A stretch of DNA of 13,732 nucleotides from Candidatus Thorarchaeota archaeon (lineage in GTDB: Archaea; Asgardarchaeota; Thorarchaeia; Thorarchaeales; Thorarchaeaceae). The DNA lies in the NCBI GenBank assembly GCA_048882325.1, contig JBHLRS010000061.1:1-13732 (forward strand). The letters are read 5' to 3'. Both the position numbers and the translations under genes were made by a program. Below are positions 1 through 7,578 of the stretch, piece by piece (positions within the stretch are counted from its first letter, which is position 1; the number at the start of each line of letters is the position of its first letter). The notes beneath the pieces are model-generated. The model did no database searches. It was not told the DNA's origin and worked only from the letters and a program-made list of their open reading frames with translations.

Positions 1-243
1 ATCGCACCAAAGAAGACCTATGTCAGTCTGCGGAGGAAGAAGCAGTTCGCCATCGTACAGCCATCAACAAAGACCCGGATGGACATCGGACTGATAATAA
101 AGGGTAAAGACACCACAAAGCGTCTTGAAGAAGGCAGCAAGTGGAATGGGATGTGCACACATCGTGTACGAGTGACTGGGAAGACTGAGATTGATTCTGA
201 GCTAGTTGGTTGGCTCAAAGAAGCCTATGAAATGGCAGGCTAA
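1..243 (+). CDS. DUF5655 / YjbR-like domain protein, 5'-partial (often DUF4287-DUF5655)
   Basis: Not in the ORF track. Frame +1 is open from base 1 to TAA at 241-243: IAPKKTYVSLRRKKQFAIVQPSTKTRMDIGL...MCTHRVRVTGKTEIDSELVGWLKEAYEMAG*. KKTYVSLRRKKQFA and HRVRV...EID.EL..WLKEAY are typical of DUF5655 proteins. Confidence 0.8.
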   Translation: MAPKKTYVSLRRKKQFAIVQPSTKTRMDIGLIIKGKDTTKRLEEGSKWNGMCTHRVRVTGKTEIDSELVGWLKEAYEMAG

Positions 244-249
244 GCCAAA

Positions 250-1914
250 TCAAGTCTTTCGCTTCCATATTACCCCGACAGCGACCACAAACACTCCGAG
301 TGATACTACTCCAATGGCAATTGGTAGAAGGTCCGGTTGATCTGGAGTGGTTGGAGTGATTGGTCCAGCATCTGACATGGTGACCACGAACACGTTCATC
401 TCAGTTTCAGTCATGGTTGTATGGAAACCTGCATCATTAAGCTGGTACATTGACCGCTCCAAGTAATTGTGGAATGACTCATCTTGGAGGATTTGTCCAT
501 GATAGTAGTTTTGATGAATCGTATCATTATCAGGGTCAATAGAGGTGAACTCTGAATAGCTGAGATACTCTGCGGTTGGTATGAGAACGTGTTTCGCAGA
601 CCAATAGTCCAACGCAATAGGGTCTAAGCTCGCCCCAATGATGTCTGTTGCACTGGCAGTCGAGGCTCTAGACCACGGACCAACATAGGACGAACTCTCT
701 AGCGGATGTGCATTCACCCAGACCATATCTAGAATATTCAAAACAGGGGCTCTGGTTTCAACCATGAGTGTCCCCATGCCTCCTGCACCAATTGCAAAGT
801 GCTCATGCGGAATGCTGGAATCAACTGATTCAACGATGTATCCCTGAGGGACTCCCATGTAGTGCTTGATACATCCAGTCACACCATACCGAAAGTGCGT
901 CTTCAACACTGGCATGTTGATGATTTTCAGACGATCTGAGTCGAATCCTGTAGCATTACTCCAGACTCCCTGCTTGAAGCTGATGTAGGCTCCCGTCGCT
1001 GGACTCTGGAACTTTGGATAGGAGGGATATATGTTAGTTTCATTGTTCCATTCAGAACTACGGACATACCCGTTTTCGAAGTCACCATCATTGTAGTCAT
1101 CTACGGTACTACTTCTGAGGTCATCCCAGAGGACTGTGCTGATGTTCCAATCCACCGCAAAGGACTCAGTCACCTCCTGTGCTGACTCGTTCTGGTAGTA
1201 AGAGTTGGCATAGTATCGGTTCAAGTTTCCCAGACCTTGCCCATTATCCGCGATTACAATCTCACCTGTGAAACCATCGGGGTGTTCAATGATCGCGTTG
1301 ATAACTCCCCTAATTAGGTCACTACTCGTGCCTCCTCGGTACTCCCATTGACCATTCATCTTGATTATTATGACATCATTATTATCAATCAGACCATCTT
1401 GTGTGGTTGATGTTTTATAGAAGTGCAATCCTTGCTGACCCATCATTTCTATTAGTGTGGTCACTGAACTGGTCATGTTTCCATCAGGTCCGGTGGCTCT
1501 CTGAACAAAGAATAGGTCTGACGCCGTTTCAGGATTTGCTGCAGTCTGTGGCACGAGCTCTAGCGGCACACGATCCGAATCGACCTGGAGTGGTGACAGA
1601 CCTATCTGGACCGGGTCTGTTGTGAGAATGAACCCACCTACTGATAGTATTGTTAGAATTGCTACTGGCTTCATCCATCCAGTCGATAGACGAAGGCTTG
1701 TGATGCTGGGGATCGATGTTGACGCCACAGCTTTGAAGAAGGAGATATTCGCAAGAGCCGCTTGCTGACAAGGATACAGAATCCTTGATGGTTTAGTACC
1801 TGTTCGAAGGACAAACCAAATAGTACTTGCAATCGCTACCAGTGCTAATGTCACAAATCGTCGGCTCCTCTTCTTTCCTGAGCATCGGTCTATTCTTTCA
1901 GAATCATGATTCAC
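250..1914 (-). CDS. Membrane-anchored DUF362 domain protein
   Basis: 554-aa ORF with GTG start and upstream GGAGATGG. DUF362-type motifs IIIKMN, IVIAD, INMPVLKTH..GVTGCIKHYMG and DPIALD are present. The N-terminus has a TM followed by KPSRILYPCQQAA and a second hydrophobic segment. The C-terminus has a Pro/Thr linker, a TM and a basic tail (WKRKT). Confidence 0.8.
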   Translation of the reverse strand: MNHDSERIDRCSGKKRSRRFVTLALVAIASTIWFVLRTGTKPSRILYPCQQAALANISFFKAVASTSIPSITSLRLSTGWMKPVAILTILSVGGFILTTDPVQIGLSPLQVDSDRVPLELVPQTAANPETASDLFFVQRATGPDGNMTSSVTTLIEMMGQQGLHFYKTSTTQDGLIDNNDVIIIKMNGQWEYRGGTSSDLIRGVINAIIEHPDGFTGEIVIADNGQGLGNLNRYYANSYYQNESAQEVTESFAVDWNISTVLWDDLRSSTVDDYNDGDFENGYVRSSEWNNETNIYPSYPKFQSPATGAYISFKQGVWSNATGFDSDRLKIINMPVLKTHFRYGVTGCIKHYMGVPQGYIVESVDSSIPHEHFAIGAGGMGTLMVETRAPVLNILDMVWVNAHPLESSSYVGPWSRASTASATDIIGASLDPIALDYWSAKHVLIPTAEYLSYSEFTSIDPDNDTIHQNYYHGQILQDESFHNYLERSMYQLNDAGFHTTMTETEMNVFVVTMSDAGPITPTTPDQPDLLPIAIGVVSLGVFVVAVGVIWKRKT

Positions 1915-2204
1915 CTCAGGCCATCTCCAATATCATCTACTATAGCTCTCAGAGGGATTGCCAAGTTCAATATGAGTGTGCGGTCCTCAGCAATCTGCTT
2001 GATATGGCGACTACTTTGAAATTCTCTTTGTTGTATTTAGAAAGTGATTGTGTTCTTTGGTTTCCTGACTGTTGCGCAGACCATCTATATCTTTATTGGA
2101 ATATGAACCTAGACTCTATGACTGGGGCGCATTTGCGTTCAATATAGTATTGACAATAGCAAGTGGTGCCTCCCTCTTGATTGAGCATAGGAAACGACGT
2201 ATGC

Positions 2205-2211
2205 AGGAGGT
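2205..2211 (+). promoter_or_regulatory. Shine-Dalgarno site for the Lrp/AsnC-domain gene
   Basis: AGGAGGT ending 9 nt before GTG at 2221. Confidence 0.7.
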
Positions 2212-2220
2212 CAAAGACGA

Positions 2221-2445
2221 GTGATTGCAATCATTCTAATCAAAACAAAGGCAGGAAGAGCCTTCAAAGCATGCGAGGCTATTCAGAAGATCGAGGGAAT
2301 CGTCAATGTGCATGTCGTGACAGGGCCATATGATATCATCGCGATCGCTGACTCCCTAAATGTCAGTCTTCAGAGTATTCTGACATCCACACATAATGTT
2401 CGGGGCGTAGAACGAACCGAAACCTGCTTGACCATCTCACAATGA
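2221..2445 (+). CDS. Stand-alone Lrp/AsnC ligand-binding (RAM) domain protein, no HTH
   Basis: 74 aa, AIILIKT..G.....CEAIQKIEGIVNVHVVTGPYDIIA...VRGVERTETC, with the classic VTGxYD and GVxxTET RAM motifs and a strong SD. Confidence 0.88.
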   Translation: MIAIILIKTKAGRAFKACEAIQKIEGIVNVHVVTGPYDIIAIADSLNVSLQSILTSTHNVRGVERTETCLTISQ

Positions 2446-3303
2446 GCCACGCAAGAATCTGAAGTATGCTCTGATTTTGCTTGGTCTGACTAAAAGAGCT
2501 GGCACACTCTTCCGATACTCTATAAATCCCTCACCAAACCGATCGACCAGTTCAATCTCTTCTTTCCAGATTTGTAATCTAAAGACTAGAATGACTAGGA
2601 GCGCAAGGAGAATAGAGTAGATTGAGATGCTGAAGAAGAGTCCTGCTAGTCCCAATAGGATTCCTCCAAGATATGTTGGGTGACGTATCACAGAATAGAT
2701 TTCGTGATTCTGTAACTCAGACTCCTCTGGGAAGTAGAGATAGACCACTGCCATGTAATCTATACCAAAGGTCAGAATGGCACTCCGTACCGTTAGAGCT
2801 CCCAGTATTAGAAAAACTCCAGAAACTATGATTCTCAACCATGTATCAATAATAGGAGATACACCAACTAGTTGTAGTAAAGATATTGACCATTGACCTG
2901 TAAGATCATTAACTGGATGTCTAGGTGGAAGTAATCTAATGGGTGTAAATGTAAGAAACACTAGACAGGGAATAAGAAAGACACCTGTAAGTCCTCTGGG
3001 AATCATTTTTTGATACGCCAAGATTCCGTACAGCTCCTTCATCTCGTCCCTTTTGTTCCAGACTCCCCAAATCAGCCAGAGCCCTAGCCATGCAATGAAG
3101 GCCGCACCAACAAGAGGGAGAAATGGTTCAATAATCTCGAGGAACGAGATATCACTAAACACGCGTGGTAGAATACTCAGGAGAATCAGAAAGCCATAGC
3201 CCATTATTACGGCCACTAGACCCAGTAACGGAAATACTGCAATCCTTCTTCCTGGATATGCTGGAAGCTTTTCACGGAGCTTATCAATTCCCTTTAGTTT
3301 CAT
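2437..3303 (-). CDS. Isoprenylcysteine carboxyl methyltransferase / PEMT-family integral membrane methyltransferase
   Basis: 288 aa, multiple TMs, with C-terminal IYSVIRHPTYLG and EE..L..RFG..F.EYRKSVP signatures of the ICMT/PEMT family. Confidence 0.85.
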   Translation of the reverse strand: MKLKGIDKLREKLPAYPGRRIAVFPLLGLVAVIMGYGFLILLSILPRVFSDISFLEIIEPFLPLVGAAFIAWLGLWLIWGVWNKRDEMKELYGILAYQKMIPRGLTGVFLIPCLVFLTFTPIRLLPPRHPVNDLTGQWSISLLQLVGVSPIIDTWLRIIVSGVFLILGALTVRSAILTFGIDYMAVVYLYFPEESELQNHEIYSVIRHPTYLGGILLGLAGLFFSISIYSILLALLVILVFRLQIWKEEIELVDRFGEGFIEYRKSVPALLVRPSKIRAYFRFLRGSL

Positions 3304-3481
3304 GACCCAAACCTAGTTACAAAGCCAAACATGCTATCCATATATGCACTGCTCTAGGGGCGAAAATATGCACTCTAGAAGGAATTCTGAAGACTTGCTA
3401 GAGCAGTGTTCAAGGTCGCATAGATGACTTTGCTTCCATGATGTGCTACTTTTTTCAGAGTGTTGTGCTGTAGCATATAGC

Positions 3482-3901
3482 ATGAAAAGTCACACGAAAT
3501 ACCTTACGTTCAATGTCCCCGCTCGGATGGAGTTCGTTCACATAACACCTGATGTTCAGGTTGCTGTGGTAGAGAGTGGTGTCAAAGAGGGACTCTGTCT
3601 TGTCAATGCCATGCACATCACTGCAAGCGTGTTCATCAACGATAACGAGAGCGGTCTCCACGAAGACTACAAGCGATGGTTGGAAGATCTCGCCCCTCAC
3701 GAGCCCATCAGTCGCTATAAGCACAACCGGACTGGTGAGGACAATGGGGACGCACATCACAAACGGCAGATCATGGGTCGTGAGGTCGTTGTAGCTATCA
3801 CAGACGGGAAGCTTGACCTTGGAACGTGGGAACGCATCTTCTACGGCGAGTTTGATGGTCGGCGAAGCAAGCGAGTCCTCATCAAGATTATTGGAGAATG
3901 A
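3482..3901 (+). CDS. yjbQ: YjbQ / UPF0047 family protein (secondary thiamine-phosphate synthase)
   Basis: Motifs [18 protein letters not shown] and [21 protein letters not shown] at 3482 (MKSHTKYL, 139 aa) is preferred over the track's GTG at 3443. Confidence 0.93.
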   Translation: MKSHTKYLTFNVPARMEFVHITPDVQVAVVESGVKEGLCLVNAMHITASVFINDNESGLHEDYKRWLEDLAPHEPISRYKHNRTGEDNGDAHHKRQIMGREVVVAITDGKLDLGTWERIFYGEFDGRRSKRVLIKIIGE

Positions 3902-3908
3902 GAACTGA

Positions 3909-5111
3909 CTAGACCAACATCTTGAGTCCCGTGAGAGGATGCCGTGTCAGGACCCGTTTCATCAACCCATTTCGTAGCTCACTGTAGGGCCTGAGTCCTC
4001 CGATGAGGTCAGTCACAAGACTACGAATCACATCATCTCGTGCGGCCATTTGAATCACCCTCTCCATGTTCTCTTGAGAGTTGAACAGAAGATTGGCCAG
4101 AAAATTGGCGACACCGAGCTGTTTGCCCATATCCTTTTTCCATCTCCTCTCATATTCCCTTGTGTCAGTTGCAGTCCCGGAAATTATGTCCGCCAATGTG
4201 TCAGCCGCAATCTGTCCAGATTCAATTCCAAAACAGATACCCTCTCCAGTCGCTGGTGACACGAATCCCGCAGCATCACCAACTAGAAGCACGCGTCTTG
4301 TGACCGTTCTATCAATGGGCCCCTTCAAGGGAACTCTCATAGCTGTTTCCTCAGCTTCAGTGATATCCACATCAAAGACCTGATTTATCTCTGTCACAAA
4401 GTTCTTCCAAGCTTCTCTGAGCCCCCCCGCATAAGGCATCAAGCACCCCATCCCAAGTGAAACTTCTCCCTTCTTTGGGAACAACCATGCGTATGCATGT
4501 TCAAGCCCTCCAAAATAGATCTGAATACATACCCGGTCTGGTCCATACGGTCCTTGAGTGATTCTAAGTATATCCGATTCGCTCATGGGCAACCGTGCCT
4601 CGATACACAAACCAATCTCATCATCCTTCCATCTAGTTTTTAATCCGCTACTTCTTGCCACTCTACTGTTTACTCCATCTGCACCAACCAAGAATTTACT
4701 GCTTATCGGCTTGCCGTCTTTTGTGTGTGCTTCAACAGAGTCAACTGACTCTGTGATATCAACGACCTCTCCTATGATTAATTCGGCGCCTGCCTCAACA
4801 GCCTTGTCGAGGAGATACTTGTCAAAGACCTCTCTCTTGACTGTATAACCTGTCACCATGTCCTTTGTGCATACTACTTTTGTTCTAGAAGGTGAGAACA
4901 GATGAGATCCACATGCGACTCTGTCTATGACAGGATTGATGTCATAATCTAGAAGGTCTGGCAATCCCGGTCGAAATCCCCCTCCACATGCCTTTCTCCG
5001 TGGATGCTCCTCTTTCTCAATGATGGCAACATTCAGACCTTTTTGAGCGGCTCTTCGGGCACACGCTGCACCTGCAGGACCACCACCTACAACAAGCAAA
5101 TCACGAACCAT
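3909..5111 (-). CDS. Geranylgeranyl reductase family FAD-dependent oxidoreductase (DGGGPL reductase-like)
   Basis: 400 aa with VVGGGPAG, KACGGG, R..FDKYL, VGADGVNS, YAWLFPK and LLVGDAAGFVSPATGEGI. Confidence 0.9.
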   Translation of the reverse strand: MVRDLLVVGGGPAGAACARRAAQKGLNVAIIEKEEHPRRKACGGGFRPGLPDLLDYDINPVIDRVACGSHLFSPSRTKVVCTKDMVTGYTVKREVFDKYLLDKAVEAGAELIIGEVVDITESVDSVEAHTKDGKPISSKFLVGADGVNSRVARSSGLKTRWKDDEIGLCIEARLPMSESDILRITQGPYGPDRVCIQIYFGGLEHAYAWLFPKKGEVSLGMGCLMPYAGGLREAWKNFVTEINQVFDVDITEAEETAMRVPLKGPIDRTVTRRVLLVGDAAGFVSPATGEGICFGIESGQIAADTLADIISGTATDTREYERRWKKDMGKQLGVANFLANLLFNSQENMERVIQMAARDDVIRSLVTDLIGGLRPYSELRNGLMKRVLTRHPLTGLKMLV

Positions 5112-5221
5112 GGAACACTCTCTCCAATTTCAGCTACATTATTCTAAGTCCAATCGATTACAATAACGTTTCTTCTCCAGAGTCTGACTGTCAAAGGTCT
5201 AAACCGGTTGTTGTAAGATAA

Positions 5222-6148
5222 TCAGGAGGCCTTAGTGTCAACCGTCTTGGTCCAGTAATGAGCCATGCCTTTATTGATGAAGCCAACCGACTTGTACAAC
5301 GCACGAGCCCCCTCACTGGGAGCTGCACCCAGGATGACTACTGCGGATGGCATGAACCTCTCAAGTCTCTTCAGGCTCTCTAGAATAACAGCTTTTCCCA
5401 ATCCCAGTTTTCTGTGATCGGGATGAGTCCCAACAGGCTCGAGCTCTGTTATCCTGCTGACCGGATCAATCCTCGCAGTACAGAATGCTGCAAACTCTCC
5501 ATTGGGGGCGACAGCCACTATATCAAGCTCCTCATGATAGAATGAAGCTTCGGTATAGGTGTCCAGTATTTCTTTTGACATACTCTTGATGTGTGGAAAG
5601 ACAGACTTCTGGACCGCACGGTACTCGTCATACTCATCCCGTATGACTGCATTACGAACGGTATACTCCTTAGGCAAAGTATAGTCAGGAACTGGTGTGT
5701 CTACAGGTCGAACCTGATTATCTCCCTCGATCTCATCTTTCTCAAAACCTAGCTCAGTAAGAATAGAGATGAGTTCTTTGTCAGTGTCATCAACAACCAA
5801 GCTCATCTTGATTACATCTTTTTTTCCAAGCTCCTTGACTCGACCCTGCATCCAGACCATGATCTCTTTTGCATACTCCAAATAATCCGGATGTATGGAG
5901 AGATGACACGAACCTGAGGGTTTTGACAATGACAATGCGACGATCTGCTCACCGATTTGCCACACTCCAAGGTATTCGTCTTCTTCATCAAGATATTCAG
6001 TTCCTCCAGGACCATACTTGACATTCTCAAGTGTGGTAGGTAGCCAATTCGTATACGCTCTCTGAATGAAGTAGAGTTCACTAAGGAACCTCCGTACTCG
6101 GTCAAAGTCAGCATCCCAATGATATGCTCGTATCTCTAATGTCATCAT
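5222..6148 (-). CDS. GNAT family N-acetyltransferase (probably tandem GNAT fold)
   Basis: 308 aa. The C-terminal acetyl-CoA motif is EPVGTHPDHRKLGLGKA followed by ARALYKSVGF. The N-terminal half has a degenerate copy (IHPDY...LTELGF). Confidence 0.85.
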   Translation of the reverse strand: MMTLEIRAYHWDADFDRVRRFLSELYFIQRAYTNWLPTTLENVKYGPGGTEYLDEEDEYLGVWQIGEQIVALSLSKPSGSCHLSIHPDYLEYAKEIMVWMQGRVKELGKKDVIKMSLVVDDTDKELISILTELGFEKDEIEGDNQVRPVDTPVPDYTLPKEYTVRNAVIRDEYDEYRAVQKSVFPHIKSMSKEILDTYTEASFYHEELDIVAVAPNGEFAAFCTARIDPVSRITELEPVGTHPDHRKLGLGKAVILESLKRLERFMPSAVVILGAAPSEGARALYKSVGFINKGMAHYWTKTVDTKAS

Positions 6149-6267
6149 CTACACAACTTGGTTCTTCCGTGAAAATCGCAATGATAAATCTTGATAACTA
6201 TGAAAATCTAAGGAATACTGATATTGCCTAGACCTCTTTGAGTTGTCATCACTTGGGAGAACAAAGA

Positions 6268-7575
6268 ATGAAGAGTCTCTGTCCTATCTGCGGTCGCCTC
6301 ATTGAGAATTCTGAAACAGTGGAGTCTGGGAATATCTATCTGGATAAGGTATGTCCTGAGCATGGTCCAATTCGAACTCTCGCGTCGTCAGATGCAGCAT
6401 ACTGGAAAGACTCCCTGAAATATGACCGACCTGGAACTACGCCTCTAGTGTGGTCCTCTCAGATAAACAAGGGATGTCCTGATGACTGCGGGATCTGTCC
6501 TTCCCATAAGCAGCACACCTGTGTTGGAGTCATGGAAATCACAGGCCTGTGCAACCTCTCATGCAACATCTGCTTTGCAGCAGCTCCTTATGGTGACCAT
6601 GTACCATTTGACCAGATATCAAGCATGATCGACGCATATGTTTCGTACGAAGCTGAACCAGAGCTCCTGCAACTGAGTGGGGGTGAACCGTCTCTACACC
6701 CTGACATCCTTGAGATCGTCAGGTATGCAAAGAATCTGGGCATCCAAGACGTCGCAGTTTCTACGAACGGTCTTCGGTTGTTAGAGGAGGATTTTGCCGC
6801 AGAGTTGGCAAAGACCGATCCTGTGATCTATCTTCAGTTTGACACATTCATTCCAGAGGTGTCTCTGAAAATCCGTGGCAAGGACCTGGTTGAAGAGAAA
6901 CTGCGAGCAGTAGAGGTCTGCAATGAACTTGGAATGACCACCGTGTTAGTCCCCACTTTGATTGCAGGAGTCAATGATAACGAGATTGGTGAACTGACTA
7001 GATTTGCCCTGTCCCAGAAGAAGGTCTTTGGAATCAACTTCCAGCCCGTAGCTATGACTGGGAGAATTGGCGTTCCGGATATTTCTGCCATATCGGTTCC
7101 TAGGGTCTTGGATGCGATTGAATCACAGACGAATGGTATCCTAGAGAAAAACGACTTCAGACCAATACCCTGTCCACACCCTCACTGCACAGCAATCTCC
7201 TATGTCCTTGTTGATGACGAGGAGATCACACCCTTGACAGACATGGTGGATGTCGATGAGTATATCGACTATGCAAGAGACCGGACCTTGGTAAAGGAAG
7301 CAGTCTTGATGGACGAGGCTTTCACCAAGTTGTTTTCAACGAGAGCTGTCCCTGGCACAGAGAGCAATCTTGAAGCCTTCTGTGAGGCATGCGGCATGAC
7401 CATTCCTGAGGTGCTTGGGAAATCAGTGAAGATCGTGTCTGTTCATTCATTTATGGACCGGGAAACATACCAACTAGAGCGAGCCCAGAAGTGCTGCATT
7501 CATGTCATCCAACCCGATGGCAAGATGATTCCTTTCTGCAACTACAATATGTTTCGTCGACACAAGGAGGGATAA
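6268..7575 (+). CDS. Radical SAM protein, MJ0619 / tetraether synthase (Tes, GDGT-MAS)-like family
   Basis: ATG at 6268 (435 aa) after GGGAGA. Motifs: SLCPIC...CPEHG (rubredoxin-like), GCPDDCGICPSH (N-terminal auxiliary cluster), CNLSCNICFA (CxxxCxxC), QLSGGEP, STNG, YLQFD, INFQP, CPHPHC and FMD...KCCIH...DGKMIPFCNYN. Confidence 0.88.
   Translation: MKSLCPICGRLIENSETVESGNIYLDKVCPEHGPIRTLASSDAAYWKDSLKYDRPGTTPLVWSSQINKGCPDDCGICPSHKQHTCVGVMEITGLCNLSCNICFAAAPYGDHVPFDQISSMIDAYVSYEAEPELLQLSGGEPSLHPDILEIVRYAKNLGIQDVAVSTNGLRLLEEDFAAELAKTDPVIYLQFDTFIPEVSLKIRGKDLVEEKLRAVEVCNELGMTTVLVPTLIAGVNDNEIGELTRFALSQKKVFGINFQPVAMTGRIGVPDISAISVPRVLDAIESQTNGILEKNDFRPIPCPHPHCTAISYVLVDDEEITPLTDMVDVDEYIDYARDRTLVKEAVLMDEAFTKLFSTRAVPGTESNLEAFCEACGMTIPEVLGKSVKIVSVHSFMDRETYQLERAQKCCIHVIQPDGKMIPFCNYNMFRRHKEG
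7565..7570 (+). promoter_or_regulatory. Shine-Dalgarno site inside the 3' end of the radical SAM gene (translational coupling to the methyltransferase)
   Basis: AAGGAGGGA-TAA-TCG-GTG. Confidence 0.65.
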
Positions 7576-7578
7576 TCG

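Noticed and set aside
1827-2147. 106-aa plus-strand ORF across the intergenic region
   Set aside because: TTG start inside the antisense strand of the DUF362 gene, no SD and no recognisable motif. Most likely spurious.
3354-3440. TPP riboswitch upstream of yjbQ (CTAGGGG...CTGAAGA looks superficially similar)
   Set aside because: Lacks the conserved CUGAGA, ACCC, ACCUG, UAAU and GCGNAGG elements in the correct order.
6268-7575. Assigning the symbol tes, or the old pterin dimethyltransferase annotation
   Set aside because: Family membership is clear, but the protein is shorter and key C-terminal residues appear substituted, so function cannot be assigned without phylogeny or assay.
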